This document shows positions 9,044 to 17,358 of a stretch of DNA of 64,000 nt, in pieces. Position 1 is the first letter of the stretch. Every line of letters begins with the position of its first letter. The notes beneath the pieces are model-generated. The model was not told the origin of the DNA. It ran no database searches and saw only the letters and a list, made by a program, of their open reading frames with translations. The DNA is taken from positions 64,001-128,000 of the forward strand of contig JBIIPZ010000002.1 in NCBI GenBank assembly GCA_044342325.1. Reading direction: 5' to 3'. The stretch comes from Terrimicrobiaceae bacterium (lineage in GTDB: Bacteria; Verrucomicrobiota; Verrucomicrobiia; Chthoniobacterales; Terrimicrobiaceae). A program made the position numbers and the translations under genes.

Positions 9044-11347
9044 ATGAGGAAGTTCCTTCTCAGTCTTTGTCTGCTGGCTGCGCTTACCCCCGTTCGTGCC
9101 CAATTCGGCAGCTTCGGCGACTCGCCCGTGGAGATCACGGCGGATGGTAATACGCGCTTCGACCAAGGCGTGGCCATCGCGGAGGACAACGTCCAGATTC
9201 ACTACGGGAAATATAGCATCTTCTGCGACTATGCGGAATACAACCCCGACACACGCGATGTCCTGCTGGTCGGAAATATCCGCGTTTACACTCCCGATCA
9301 GGTGCTCAGCGGTCAGCGCGCCTTGTTTAACCTCGAGAGCAAGCAAATGCGCGCCCTCGAGTTCACCGGTTCCCAATACCCAGTGTATTTCAGGGCTTTC
9401 AATTTTCGGGCTGTCTCACCCAAGGAATTCCGGATTCGAGACGCCTCTGTGACCACGCATGACTCGTCACAACCCGATTTTCATGTCCGTCCCCGCTCGA
9501 TGCGATTCTACCCCGACAGTCGCGTCATCATGACAAATTCTACCCTCTATGTCGGCCAGACGCCGATTTTCTGGTTCCCCTACATCTACGCTAATCTCGA
9601 CAGCACAGGCTTTGAAATCCTGCCTGGATACGATTCACGCTGGGGTGCTTATTTGCTTTTGGGTTATGGTTTTCCCATTGTGCCGGGCATTGATGGCAAA
9701 GTCCGCTTCGAGGAGCGCACAGAGTTCGGGCCTTCCGCTGGACTCGACCTCGACATGCAGTATGGTCCGGCAAATCGAAACTTCGGAAAGCTGCGCAGTG
9801 ACTATGTTTTTGAGACGCAGAATGTGACTTCCGTGGAGGCCCCTGGCGAACCGGCGGAAACCAAGACCACGAACCGCTACCGCGTCGCCTTCCAGCAACG
9901 GCTTTTCCTTGCCGATGATATCTACGGAACGGCTGACATCAATGTGCTGAGCGATGTCGATTTTTTGGAGGACTTCTACCGCAAAGAATTCGCCACCGAC
10001 CCCCAGCCCGACAATTCCCTCTCGCTGACGAAATGGGATGAAGTTTACACGCTTACGCTGCTCGGCCGCTGGCAGGTGAACGATTTCCAAGATGTGACCG
10101 AGCGCAAGCCCGAGTTTGTTTTTGATTTCAAACAGCAGCCCTTCTTCGGCCTCCCCGTGCAGTATGACGGCGAGACCGGCGTAGCCTCGCTGCGGCGCGC
10201 GTTTTCCAATAATCCTTCCTTTGGAGAAACAGAATTTCCCGACTACTCAGCCACGCGCTTCGATACATTTCACCAATGGTCGCTCCCCTCGAATTTGCTT
10301 GGCTGGCTCACTGTCACCCCGAAAATCGGTATCCGAGGCACCTACTACAGCCAGAGCGGATCGTTCGCCAGCCCATCCACCGGAAATACGGCGATTGATC
10401 CCATCACGGGTGAAGTCACAACCCTGGAAGAAACCGACAACAGCAATCCGCTCAACAATCCCTCGCCGACACTGGAAAACAAGGGCGGCGTCTTTCGTCC
10501 CATCGCGAACTACGGGCTCACCGTTTCCACAAAAATGTCCCGCGCCTTCGAGCAGGTGCAAAGCCGCTGGCTTGGCCTCGATGGCTTGAGGCATGTGGTC
10601 GAGCCTTATTTGAACTACTCGGGCGTTTACAATATGGGCGAAAGCCCTGAAGACATCTATCAGTTCGACCGCGTCGTGCAGTCCACGCAGCTCCTGCCAA
10701 TTGATTTTCCGCAATTCACCGCCATCGACTCGCTGGATACTTGGAACATCACACGACTTGGTGTTGGCCAGCGCCTGCAGACACGGCGCAACAACGCAAC
10801 CTATCAGTGGTTTTCGCTAAATTCGTTTGTTGATGTTAATTTTGACAATCCTTACTCGGATGCGCCGATCTCGAACTTCTTCAATGTCGTTCAATTCAAT
10901 CCCGTTCCTTGGAGCGCCCTCTCCGTGGCGTCTCAGATTCCGATGGTTACGGAAGGTTTCACCGAGGTGAATACGAACCTGAGTTTCATGCCGGCGCGCG
11001 ATGTCCGCTTTTCAATCGGCCACCGTTACATCGATGGAAATCCGAATTTCACAGACAACAGCCAACTCGACTTCTACGCCTACTGGCGCATCAATGACAA
11101 CTGGAGCGTGAGCCTTTACGAGCAATACGAATTCGAATCGCAGGTCATGCAATACCAGCGCTATTTCATCAATCGCGACCTCACAAGTTGGGTGGCCTCC
11201 ATCGGCGCTGAGGTGCGTGACAATGAAGGCGGCGATCAAGAAGTCGGTTTTCTTTTAATGATGACGCTGAAGGACGCGCCGCAGATCAGTCTGCCCTTCG
11301 GCTTCAGCCCTGGCCCGACGGACCAGCCGGCTGGCGCGGTCAATTGA
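9044..11347 (+). CDS. lptD: LPS-assembly protein LptD
   Basis: Signal peptide, OstA-like N-terminal repeats, P.FWFPY, long aromatic beta-rich barrel; lies between galE and ugd. Confidence 0.8.
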   Translation: MRKFLLSLCLLAALTPVRAQFGSFGDSPVEITADGNTRFDQGVAIAEDNVQIHYGKYSIFCDYAEYNPDTRDVLLVGNIRVYTPDQVLSGQRALFNLESKQMRALEFTGSQYPVYFRAFNFRAVSPKEFRIRDASVTTHDSSQPDFHVRPRSMRFYPDSRVIMTNSTLYVGQTPIFWFPYIYANLDSTGFEILPGYDSRWGAYLLLGYGFPIVPGIDGKVRFEERTEFGPSAGLDLDMQYGPANRNFGKLRSDYVFETQNVTSVEAPGEPAETKTTNRYRVAFQQRLFLADDIYGTADINVLSDVDFLEDFYRKEFATDPQPDNSLSLTKWDEVYTLTLLGRWQVNDFQDVTERKPEFVFDFKQQPFFGLPVQYDGETGVASLRRAFSNNPSFGETEFPDYSATRFDTFHQWSLPSNLLGWLTVTPKIGIRGTYYSQSGSFASPSTGNTAIDPITGEVTTLEETDNSNPLNNPSPTLENKGGVFRPIANYGLTVSTKMSRAFEQVQSRWLGLDGLRHVVEPYLNYSGVYNMGESPEDIYQFDRVVQSTQLLPIDFPQFTAIDSLDTWNITRLGVGQRLQTRRNNATYQWFSLNSFVDVNFDNPYSDAPISNFFNVVQFNPVPWSALSVASQIPMVTEGFTEVNTNLSFMPARDVRFSIGHRYIDGNPNFTDNSQLDFYAYWRINDNWSVSLYEQYEFESQVMQYQRYFINRDLTSWVASIGAEVRDNEGGDQEVGFLLMMTLKDAPQISLPFGFSPGPTDQPAGAVN

Positions 11348-11371
11348 TTTTCAATACATAAACAATAACAC

Positions 11372-12676
11372 ATGAAACTCTGCATTATTGGTTCAGGATA
11401 CGTCGGATTGGTCTCAGGTGCCTGCTTCGCTGAAGTGGGCCATACGGTCACTTGCGTGGACAACAATGAGAAAAAAGTCCAGCAACTGCTCGCCGGAAAA
11501 GTTCCAATCTACGAGCCCGGCCTCGAAGAGTTGATCCACCGCAATGTGGCCGCGAAGCGTCTCAATTTCACTACGAGCACCGAGGAGGGCGTGGATAACT
11601 CCGATGTGGTGTTCATCGCTGTTCCCACACCGCCGCAAGCCGATGGCAGCGTTGATCTGTCCTACATCGAGAAGGTGGCCCGCGAGATCGCCGCTGTCCT
11701 GAAGCAGGGCCAATACCGTGTCATCGTGGACAAGAGCACCGTCCCGGTCAAAACCGGCGAGAAAGTTGCCGACACGATCCGCCGCTACAACAAAACCGGC
11801 GCCGAGTTTGATGTGGTAAGCAATCCCGAGTTCCTGCGCGAAGGCTGCGCCGTGCCCGATCTCATGAAGCCCGACCGCATCGTTATTGGCGGCAACAGCG
11901 AGCGCGCCGTTGCCATGATGCAGAAAATCTACGAGCCATTCATGGCCCCCGTGCTTGTGACGGATATCAACTCCGCCGAGTTGATCAAACATGCCGCGAA
12001 CTCCTTCCTTGCGCTCAAAATCTCCTACATCAACGCCGTGGCCCGCATTTGTGAAGCCAGCGGAGCGGATGTCGAGAAAGTTGCCGATGGCATCGGTATG
12101 GACCGCCGCATCGGCCGCAACTTCCTCAACGCCGGCATCGGCTACGGGGGATCCTGCTTTCCGAAAGACATCGCCGCTTTCATCGCCATTAGCGAAGATC
12201 TGGGCGTCCCGTTCACGCTCCTCAAAGAGGTCGAAAAAATCAACTTCAGCCAACGCGAGCGCTTCCTCGACAAGATTCGCGAAGCCCTCTGGGTTCTGAA
12301 GGATAAAAAAATCGCCGTCTGGGGACTCACCTTCAAACCAGACACCGACGATGTGCGCTCCTCTGTGGCGATCGATGTCGTGCGCGACCTGGTCTCAGAG
12401 GGAGCTGAAGTCACGGTTTACGATCCGAAGGGCACCGAAAAAGCCCTTGAGTTCAAACTTATCGACGGAGCCCGCGTGGCGAATTCACCGCTCGAAGCCG
12501 CTACGGGAGCCGAGGCGCTCATTATCGCCACCGAGTGGAAGGAATTCACCAAGGTCGATCTCTCCGAGCTCAGCAAGGTCATGCACACGCCGCTCATCTT
12601 CGACGGACGCAATATCCTTGCTCCTGAGACCGTTCGCGCCGCTGGCTTCAGCTACACCAGCATCGGCCGCAGCTAG
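11372..12676 (+). CDS. ugd: UDP-glucose 6-dehydrogenase
   Basis: IIGSGYVG, KSTVP, NPEFLREG, GYGGSCFPKD, FKPDTDD, FDGRN. Confidence 0.95.
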   Translation: MKLCIIGSGYVGLVSGACFAEVGHTVTCVDNNEKKVQQLLAGKVPIYEPGLEELIHRNVAAKRLNFTTSTEEGVDNSDVVFIAVPTPPQADGSVDLSYIEKVAREIAAVLKQGQYRVIVDKSTVPVKTGEKVADTIRRYNKTGAEFDVVSNPEFLREGCAVPDLMKPDRIVIGGNSERAVAMMQKIYEPFMAPVLVTDINSAELIKHAANSFLALKISYINAVARICEASGADVEKVADGIGMDRRIGRNFLNAGIGYGGSCFPKDIAAFIAISEDLGVPFTLLKEVEKINFSQRERFLDKIREALWVLKDKKIAVWGLTFKPDTDDVRSSVAIDVVRDLVSEGAEVTVYDPKGTEKALEFKLIDGARVANSPLEAATGAEALIIATEWKEFTKVDLSELSKVMHTPLIFDGRNILAPETVRAAGFSYTSIGRS

Positions 12677-13245
12677 AAAGATCCGTCCATAAACCTTTCC
12701 AGCTTGGAGCGCAACTCCTCGCGGGCACGAAAGAGCAGGCTTTTTACGGAGGGAACCGTCGTTTCCAAAACGGCGGCGATCTCCTCGTAGGCCATCTCTT
12801 CATAGCGGCGAAGAATCAAAGCCAGTCGTTGCTGCTCGGGCAATGAGGCGATCGCCATTTCGATGGCGTCCTGCAATTCCTTTTCCTGAAGCTTATGTCC
12901 AGGTTCCACGGAACCAACATCGTGAATCTCGCGCGGGGTTCCATCTTCGTGCTCCAACGGAAGAAGCCGTGCTCGGCTGCGCCGCCGCGTTTCGTTGAAG
13001 ACCAGATTGCGGGTTATCGTCAGCAACCAGGTAGTAAACTTCGCGGTGACCGTGTAACGCGGAGCAGCCTGCCAGACGCGGATAAAAATCTGCTGCGCCA
13101 AATCCTCGGCTGCACTGGCATCCCCAAGCATCTTGGCAATCGTGCCGATAACCAGCGATTGATGCTGCTCGATCAGTTCCTCAAAAGCGCGTTCATCCCC
13201 CGCTGCTGTGCGCTGCATGAGTTCGGCATCTTCGGGCGGCATCAC
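12673..13245 (-). CDS. ECF RNA polymerase sigma factor
   Basis: AEDLAQQIF, FTTWL..I.RN, LPEQQR...Y.EIA..L....SVKSLLFRAR. Confidence 0.93.
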   Translation of the reverse strand: MMPPEDAELMQRTAAGDERAFEELIEQHQSLVIGTIAKMLGDASAAEDLAQQIFIRVWQAAPRYTVTAKFTTWLLTITRNLVFNETRRRSRARLLPLEHEDGTPREIHDVGSVEPGHKLQEKELQDAIEMAIASLPEQQRLALILRRYEEMAYEEIAAVLETTVPSVKSLLFRAREELRSKLERFMDGSF

Positions 13246-14081
13246 ACAAGGTGTCCGCGTTCCGTGAGAAGTCGTGCGCGGAAGGTTTGAAAAGATTCAC
13301 CGAACTCGCTGCGGATCCACTCTTCGATCCCCTCGGCAGAATCCCGGAGAATGGCAAAAATCGTCGACCCCGAGCCGGACATCATGGCGGCGGAAACCGC
13401 CGGATGCGCGCGCAGGGCCGATTTCAGAACGGGCAGGAGGAGATATTTGGAGAAAACAGGAGCCTCGAGATCGTTCACTAAGGAAATGGAACCATGAAAC
13501 TGCTGAAAAGTTGCTAAGGGTTTTTCCGAGTTGGCCCAAGCCTGATACGCCCACGGGGTGGGAATCGGAAACGGCGGCTTCACCAGCAGGATGTCTCCGG
13601 CAGGCAATCCCTCGAAAGGCTCGATGATTTCGCCCCGGCCACTGCAGATTGCTGGCTGACAGCGAATGAAAAACGGGATGTCCGATCCCAACGTTGCGGC
13701 AACGCGCTCGAGTTCCTTCGGCAGGATTTTTGTCGTGAGCAGACGGTTGAGCGCCACAAGCACCGCCGCCGCGTCACTGCTGCCACCGCCAAGCCCGGCT
13801 CCATGGGGGATTTTTTTTTCGATATGGATATCGACGCCGAACTTCATCCCTGTGTGCTTGGCAAAAGCCGCAGCTGCTCGGTGGCCGAGGTTTGAGGCGT
13901 CGGATGGCACGCTCGGATCGCTGCATGTGAGGCGAATGCTTTGGTCTATCCGCAAGTTGATCTCCAGCCGATCAGCCAGAGTGATTGGCACCATGAGAGT
14001 TTCGATCTCGTGGAATCCATCAACGCGTCGCCCCAGCACGCGGAGCGTGAGGTTGACTTTGGCTGGGGCGTCAATTGTCAT
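13242..14081 (-). CDS. ispE: 4-diphosphocytidyl-2-C-methyl-D-erythritol kinase
   Basis: APAKVNL.L, IPHGAGLGGGSSDAA, LGSDIPFF, MSGSGS. Confidence 0.95.
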   Translation of the reverse strand: MTIDAPAKVNLTLRVLGRRVDGFHEIETLMVPITLADRLEINLRIDQSIRLTCSDPSVPSDASNLGHRAAAAFAKHTGMKFGVDIHIEKKIPHGAGLGGGSSDAAAVLVALNRLLTTKILPKELERVAATLGSDIPFFIRCQPAICSGRGEIIEPFEGLPAGDILLVKPPFPIPTPWAYQAWANSEKPLATFQQFHGSISLVNDLEAPVFSKYLLLPVLKSALRAHPAVSAAMMSGSGSTIFAILRDSAEGIEEWIRSEFGESFQTFRARLLTERGHLV

Positions 14082-14101
14082 GCGCGTTCAACTATCCGCG
14101 A

Positions 14102-14806
14102 ATGACCGCATCCGCCAAAGAAAAAATCATCGTTGCCGTGGATGCGCCCGACGCATCTTCGGCTCTCCGCCTTGTCGAACCCCTCGTTAGCGAGGGCTGC
14201 CTTTTCAAAATCGGCCTCCAGCTTTTCACAGCTGAGGGACCCTCGATTGTCTCGAAGCTTCAATCCACCGGCGCGCGGATTTTTCTCGATCTCAAATTTC
14301 ACGACATTCCCAACACCGCCCGCGAGGCCGTGCATTCCGCCGTTCGCTTGGGTGTGGATATGACGACCATTCACCTCTGCGGCGGTCCGCAGATGGTTTC
14401 CGAGTCCGTTGCGGCGGCAAAAGAATCGAAAACGCTCGTCCTCGGCGTTAGTGTGCTCACCAGTATGGATGACGAGGCCCTGCGTGCTGTCGGCGTGCCG
14501 CATAGCGCAGAGGAGCAGGTCCTGCACCTTGCGGAAATGGGTCTGCAATGCGGCCTGCGCGGTATCGTGGCAAGCCCCCGTGAAATCCGCCCGCTGCGTG
14601 AAAAGTTCGGCAGCAGTTTCGTTATCGTCACTCCCGGCGTTCGCCCAGCGGGAAGCGATGTTGGCGACCAAAAGCGCATCATGACTCCGGGTGATGCCGT
14701 GCGCGCTGGAGCGGACTATCTGGTCATTGGACGCCCGATCACCGGCGCTCCATCGCCTCTGGAGTCACTCCGCGCTATTGCCGCCGAAATGCAGGCAGCA
14801 CTCTGA
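14102..14806 (+). CDS. pyrF: Orotidine-5'-phosphate decarboxylase
   Basis: FLDLKFHDIPNT, VTPGVR, DQKR, VIGRPI. Confidence 0.96.
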   Translation: MTASAKEKIIVAVDAPDASSALRLVEPLVSEGCLFKIGLQLFTAEGPSIVSKLQSTGARIFLDLKFHDIPNTAREAVHSAVRLGVDMTTIHLCGGPQMVSESVAAAKESKTLVLGVSVLTSMDDEALRAVGVPHSAEEQVLHLAEMGLQCGLRGIVASPREIRPLREKFGSSFVIVTPGVRPAGSDVGDQKRIMTPGDAVRAGADYLVIGRPITGAPSPLESLRAIAAEMQAAL

Positions 14807-14810
14807 GGGC

Positions 14811-15173
14811 TCAGGGTTGCTTGGGATGGTTGAAATGAACGCGGTGTAAAATCCGGTGCACGACCGGCGTGGCGAGGAGGCCGACAGTCAACACCACCAC
14901 AAGCGTTCCGAAGAGACAGTAAAGGGAGGAGAAAATCTTCAGCGCATTGGAGGAGTCACGCTCGGTGTAGAGCGGGCCCGCACCGCTCAATAGCATGCAG
15001 CTCTCAAGAAAAGCATCCACCCAGTTGAGGTGGCCAATGAGCATGTAGCCCGCCATCCCTACGCACAGGGCGAATAAAACCATCAACAGACCAAGCAGAA
15101 ATTGCTGAAAAACCCGGCCCGCAAAAACACGCCCGGACGCCAGTGGTTCCGTATGGTGTTCCCAGAACATCAT
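14811..15173 (-). CDS. Small two-TM membrane protein (ion-channel pore-like)
   Basis: TM - W.DAF...MLLSG.GP - TM architecture. Confidence 0.6.
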   Translation of the reverse strand: MMFWEHHTEPLASGRVFAGRVFQQFLLGLLMVLFALCVGMAGYMLIGHLNWVDAFLESCMLLSGAGPLYTERDSSNALKIFSSLYCLFGTLVVVLTVGLLATPVVHRILHRVHFNHPKQP

Positions 15174-15215
15174 ACTTCTCTGTGGCCCCGTTTCGGTCTT
15201 CCGTCAAATGGCGAC

Positions 15216-16283
15216 TCAATCCAACATCCGGAAGGTGTCCGATTTTTGGATGCTCCGGATGAATGCCGCTGCAAGCTTCGCCGCGTTTTTGGCATCCGCG
15301 AGCGAGATCATTTCCACCGGCGAGTGCATGTAGCGCAGCGGGACCGAGATGAGCCCACAGGCGACGCCATCGCGGCTTGTGTAGATCACATCGGCATCCG
15401 TGCTCGTGCTGCGGGAAACCGCTTCGTGCTGGAGCGGGATTTTATGCTTCTCGGCGACTTCGATGAGGCGCTGCATAACGAGCGGATGGTTCGCCGCTCC
15501 GTGGGAAATGGTCGGGCCTTTCCCCAGTTCCACAAGACCGTGTTCCTTCACATTGATGCCCGGTGTGTCGGTCGCATGGGTGACATCAAAGACAATCGCG
15601 ACGGATGGTCTGATGCGGTGCGCCGCCATCTGGGCGCCCCGGCAACCGATTTCCTCCTGCACGGCATTGACGGCATAGGTCGAAGCGTGAGGCCGTTTTT
15701 TGTCGGCATGGAGATCAGCCAGAATATTCGCCAGAATGAATCCGCCGATCCGGTTGTCCAACGCCCGCCCAACGATGAGTTCATCGGAAAACTCGATCGC
15801 ATCATCGACAAAGACCGCCGGCGTTCCGACGCGGATGCCGAGTTTTTCGACATCCTTCGCGGAAGATGCCCCGACATCGATGAAGAGTTCCTTCCACTCG
15901 GCGGGTTTGTCTTTCGAAGTATCCCGCAAGTGAATCGCTGTATTGCCGATCACGCCCTGCACAATTCCTTTGGAGCCAAAAAGTCTGATCCGCCGCGCCG
16001 AAGCCAGCGTGCGGTCGGAACCTCCGATTGGCCCGACAGCCAGAAAGCCCTTGTCATCAATATGCCTCACAATAAATCCAATCTCATCCGCGTGAGCCTC
16101 CAGCATGACCCTCGGAGCCTTGGTATCCGAACCCTCCAGCACAGCCCAAGCATTCCCGTGCGGATCCGAGTCAACCCGGTCCGCATGCGGAGTCACATTT
16201 TTGATCCAAAGCCGCTGACCGTCTTTCTCCCATCCTGAAGGACTGGGCGTGGCAAGAATTTCGAGGAGGTTTTTCGTTTTCAT
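15216..16283 (-). CDS. M42 family metallopeptidase
   Basis: PSPSG.E, AHADEIG, ALDNRIG, QEEIG, DVTHA, TDAD, RYMHSPVE. Confidence 0.94.
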   Translation of the reverse strand: MKTKNLLEILATPSPSGWEKDGQRLWIKNVTPHADRVDSDPHGNAWAVLEGSDTKAPRVMLEAHADEIGFIVRHIDDKGFLAVGPIGGSDRTLASARRIRLFGSKGIVQGVIGNTAIHLRDTSKDKPAEWKELFIDVGASSAKDVEKLGIRVGTPAVFVDDAIEFSDELIVGRALDNRIGGFILANILADLHADKKRPHASTYAVNAVQEEIGCRGAQMAAHRIRPSVAIVFDVTHATDTPGINVKEHGLVELGKGPTISHGAANHPLVMQRLIEVAEKHKIPLQHEAVSRSTSTDADVIYTSRDGVACGLISVPLRYMHSPVEMISLADAKNAAKLAAAFIRSIQKSDTFRMLD

Positions 16284-16380
16284 AAAAGTGGAGTTCTAAA
16301 TGCTCTAACAGAATTCGTGTAAGGCCCGCACCCTGTTTCTGTGATGGAAATCCGGCGCCTGCGTCTGTAGTTTGCCTGCA

Positions 16381-17358
16381 ATGAACCGTCGGGGGAGCTT
16401 TGCCAAGAAGGAACCAGTGGCCAATCGCGATGCGTGGGGGCGTTGGCTTTGGCCGGCGTTGATTGCGTCGATTTTGCTGCATCTGCTTTTTTGGAATTGG
16501 TCGCGGCATTTTCCGGTGGAGCGGATGAGTGAAGAGTTTTACGAGAAAATTGTCCCTCGCACATTTCAGGTGGAGCGGGTGGAAATCGATCCGCGCCTCT
16601 TGGAGCCTGAGCGGGAGGAGGAGGCCAAGGCCCGTGTGGCTCCGGTAGCCTTTCAGTTGCCTGCGGAGAGTTTTTCTTCGGAGAAGATTGTTTCCGAGGC
16701 CCCAGATGCAAAAAATCCTCCGCGATTGGACACGGCGATCCTAAATGAAAAGCCCGTTCTGGGTGATGCGGTGAATCAGGGCGTGCCGATTCCAAGCTCC
16801 TTACCGATGGCGGCGGACGCGCCGTTGGAGGACATGCTCAAGGAAATGCCCACATTGAAAAGCGACCCTCTGGCCTCACTGCCCCAGCCGGTGGCTGTCG
16901 CACAAGCGGGGAAAAGCTTGTCCGCCCAGCCGGCCGATGGACGGGGCTTCACAAACCTTGATGAGCTGCTTGCGCAGACCGGTCCGCTCTCGCCCGAGAC
17001 GGCGCCGATTCTGCTGCCGGGAGATTTGCTTTTTGAATATGACGCCTATCGCCTCCAGCCCGGGGCTATCTCCAGCATGCAAAAGCTTGGCCAACTCCTT
17101 CTGCGCACCCCTCGCTCGCGTTTTCTCATCGAAGGCCACAGTGATTCGTTCGGGCCGGATGACTACAATCTGCGCCTCAGCGAACTCCGTGCGCAGACCG
17201 TGAAGGAATGGCTGATCTCCTCGATGGGTATTCCTGCCGATTCCATAGAAACGCGTGGCTTCGGCGAGTCCCGGCTTGTGGCGCCCGCGACAGGAAGCAT
17301 CGAGGAGCAACAAATCAACCGCCGCGTCGAAATCGTCATCCGTCCGCCCGCGCCATGA
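16381..17358 (+). CDS. Membrane-anchored OmpA-like (peptidoglycan-binding) domain protein
   Basis: N-terminal TM ASILLH, Pro/Glu-rich linker, IEGHSD..G...YN..LS..RA, GFGE, NRRVEI. Confidence 0.9.
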   Translation: MNRRGSFAKKEPVANRDAWGRWLWPALIASILLHLLFWNWSRHFPVERMSEEFYEKIVPRTFQVERVEIDPRLLEPEREEEAKARVAPVAFQLPAESFSSEKIVSEAPDAKNPPRLDTAILNEKPVLGDAVNQGVPIPSSLPMAADAPLEDMLKEMPTLKSDPLASLPQPVAVAQAGKSLSAQPADGRGFTNLDELLAQTGPLSPETAPILLPGDLLFEYDAYRLQPGAISSMQKLGQLLLRTPRSRFLIEGHSDSFGPDDYNLRLSELRAQTVKEWLISSMGIPADSIETRGFGESRLVAPATGSIEEQQINRRVEIVIRPPAP

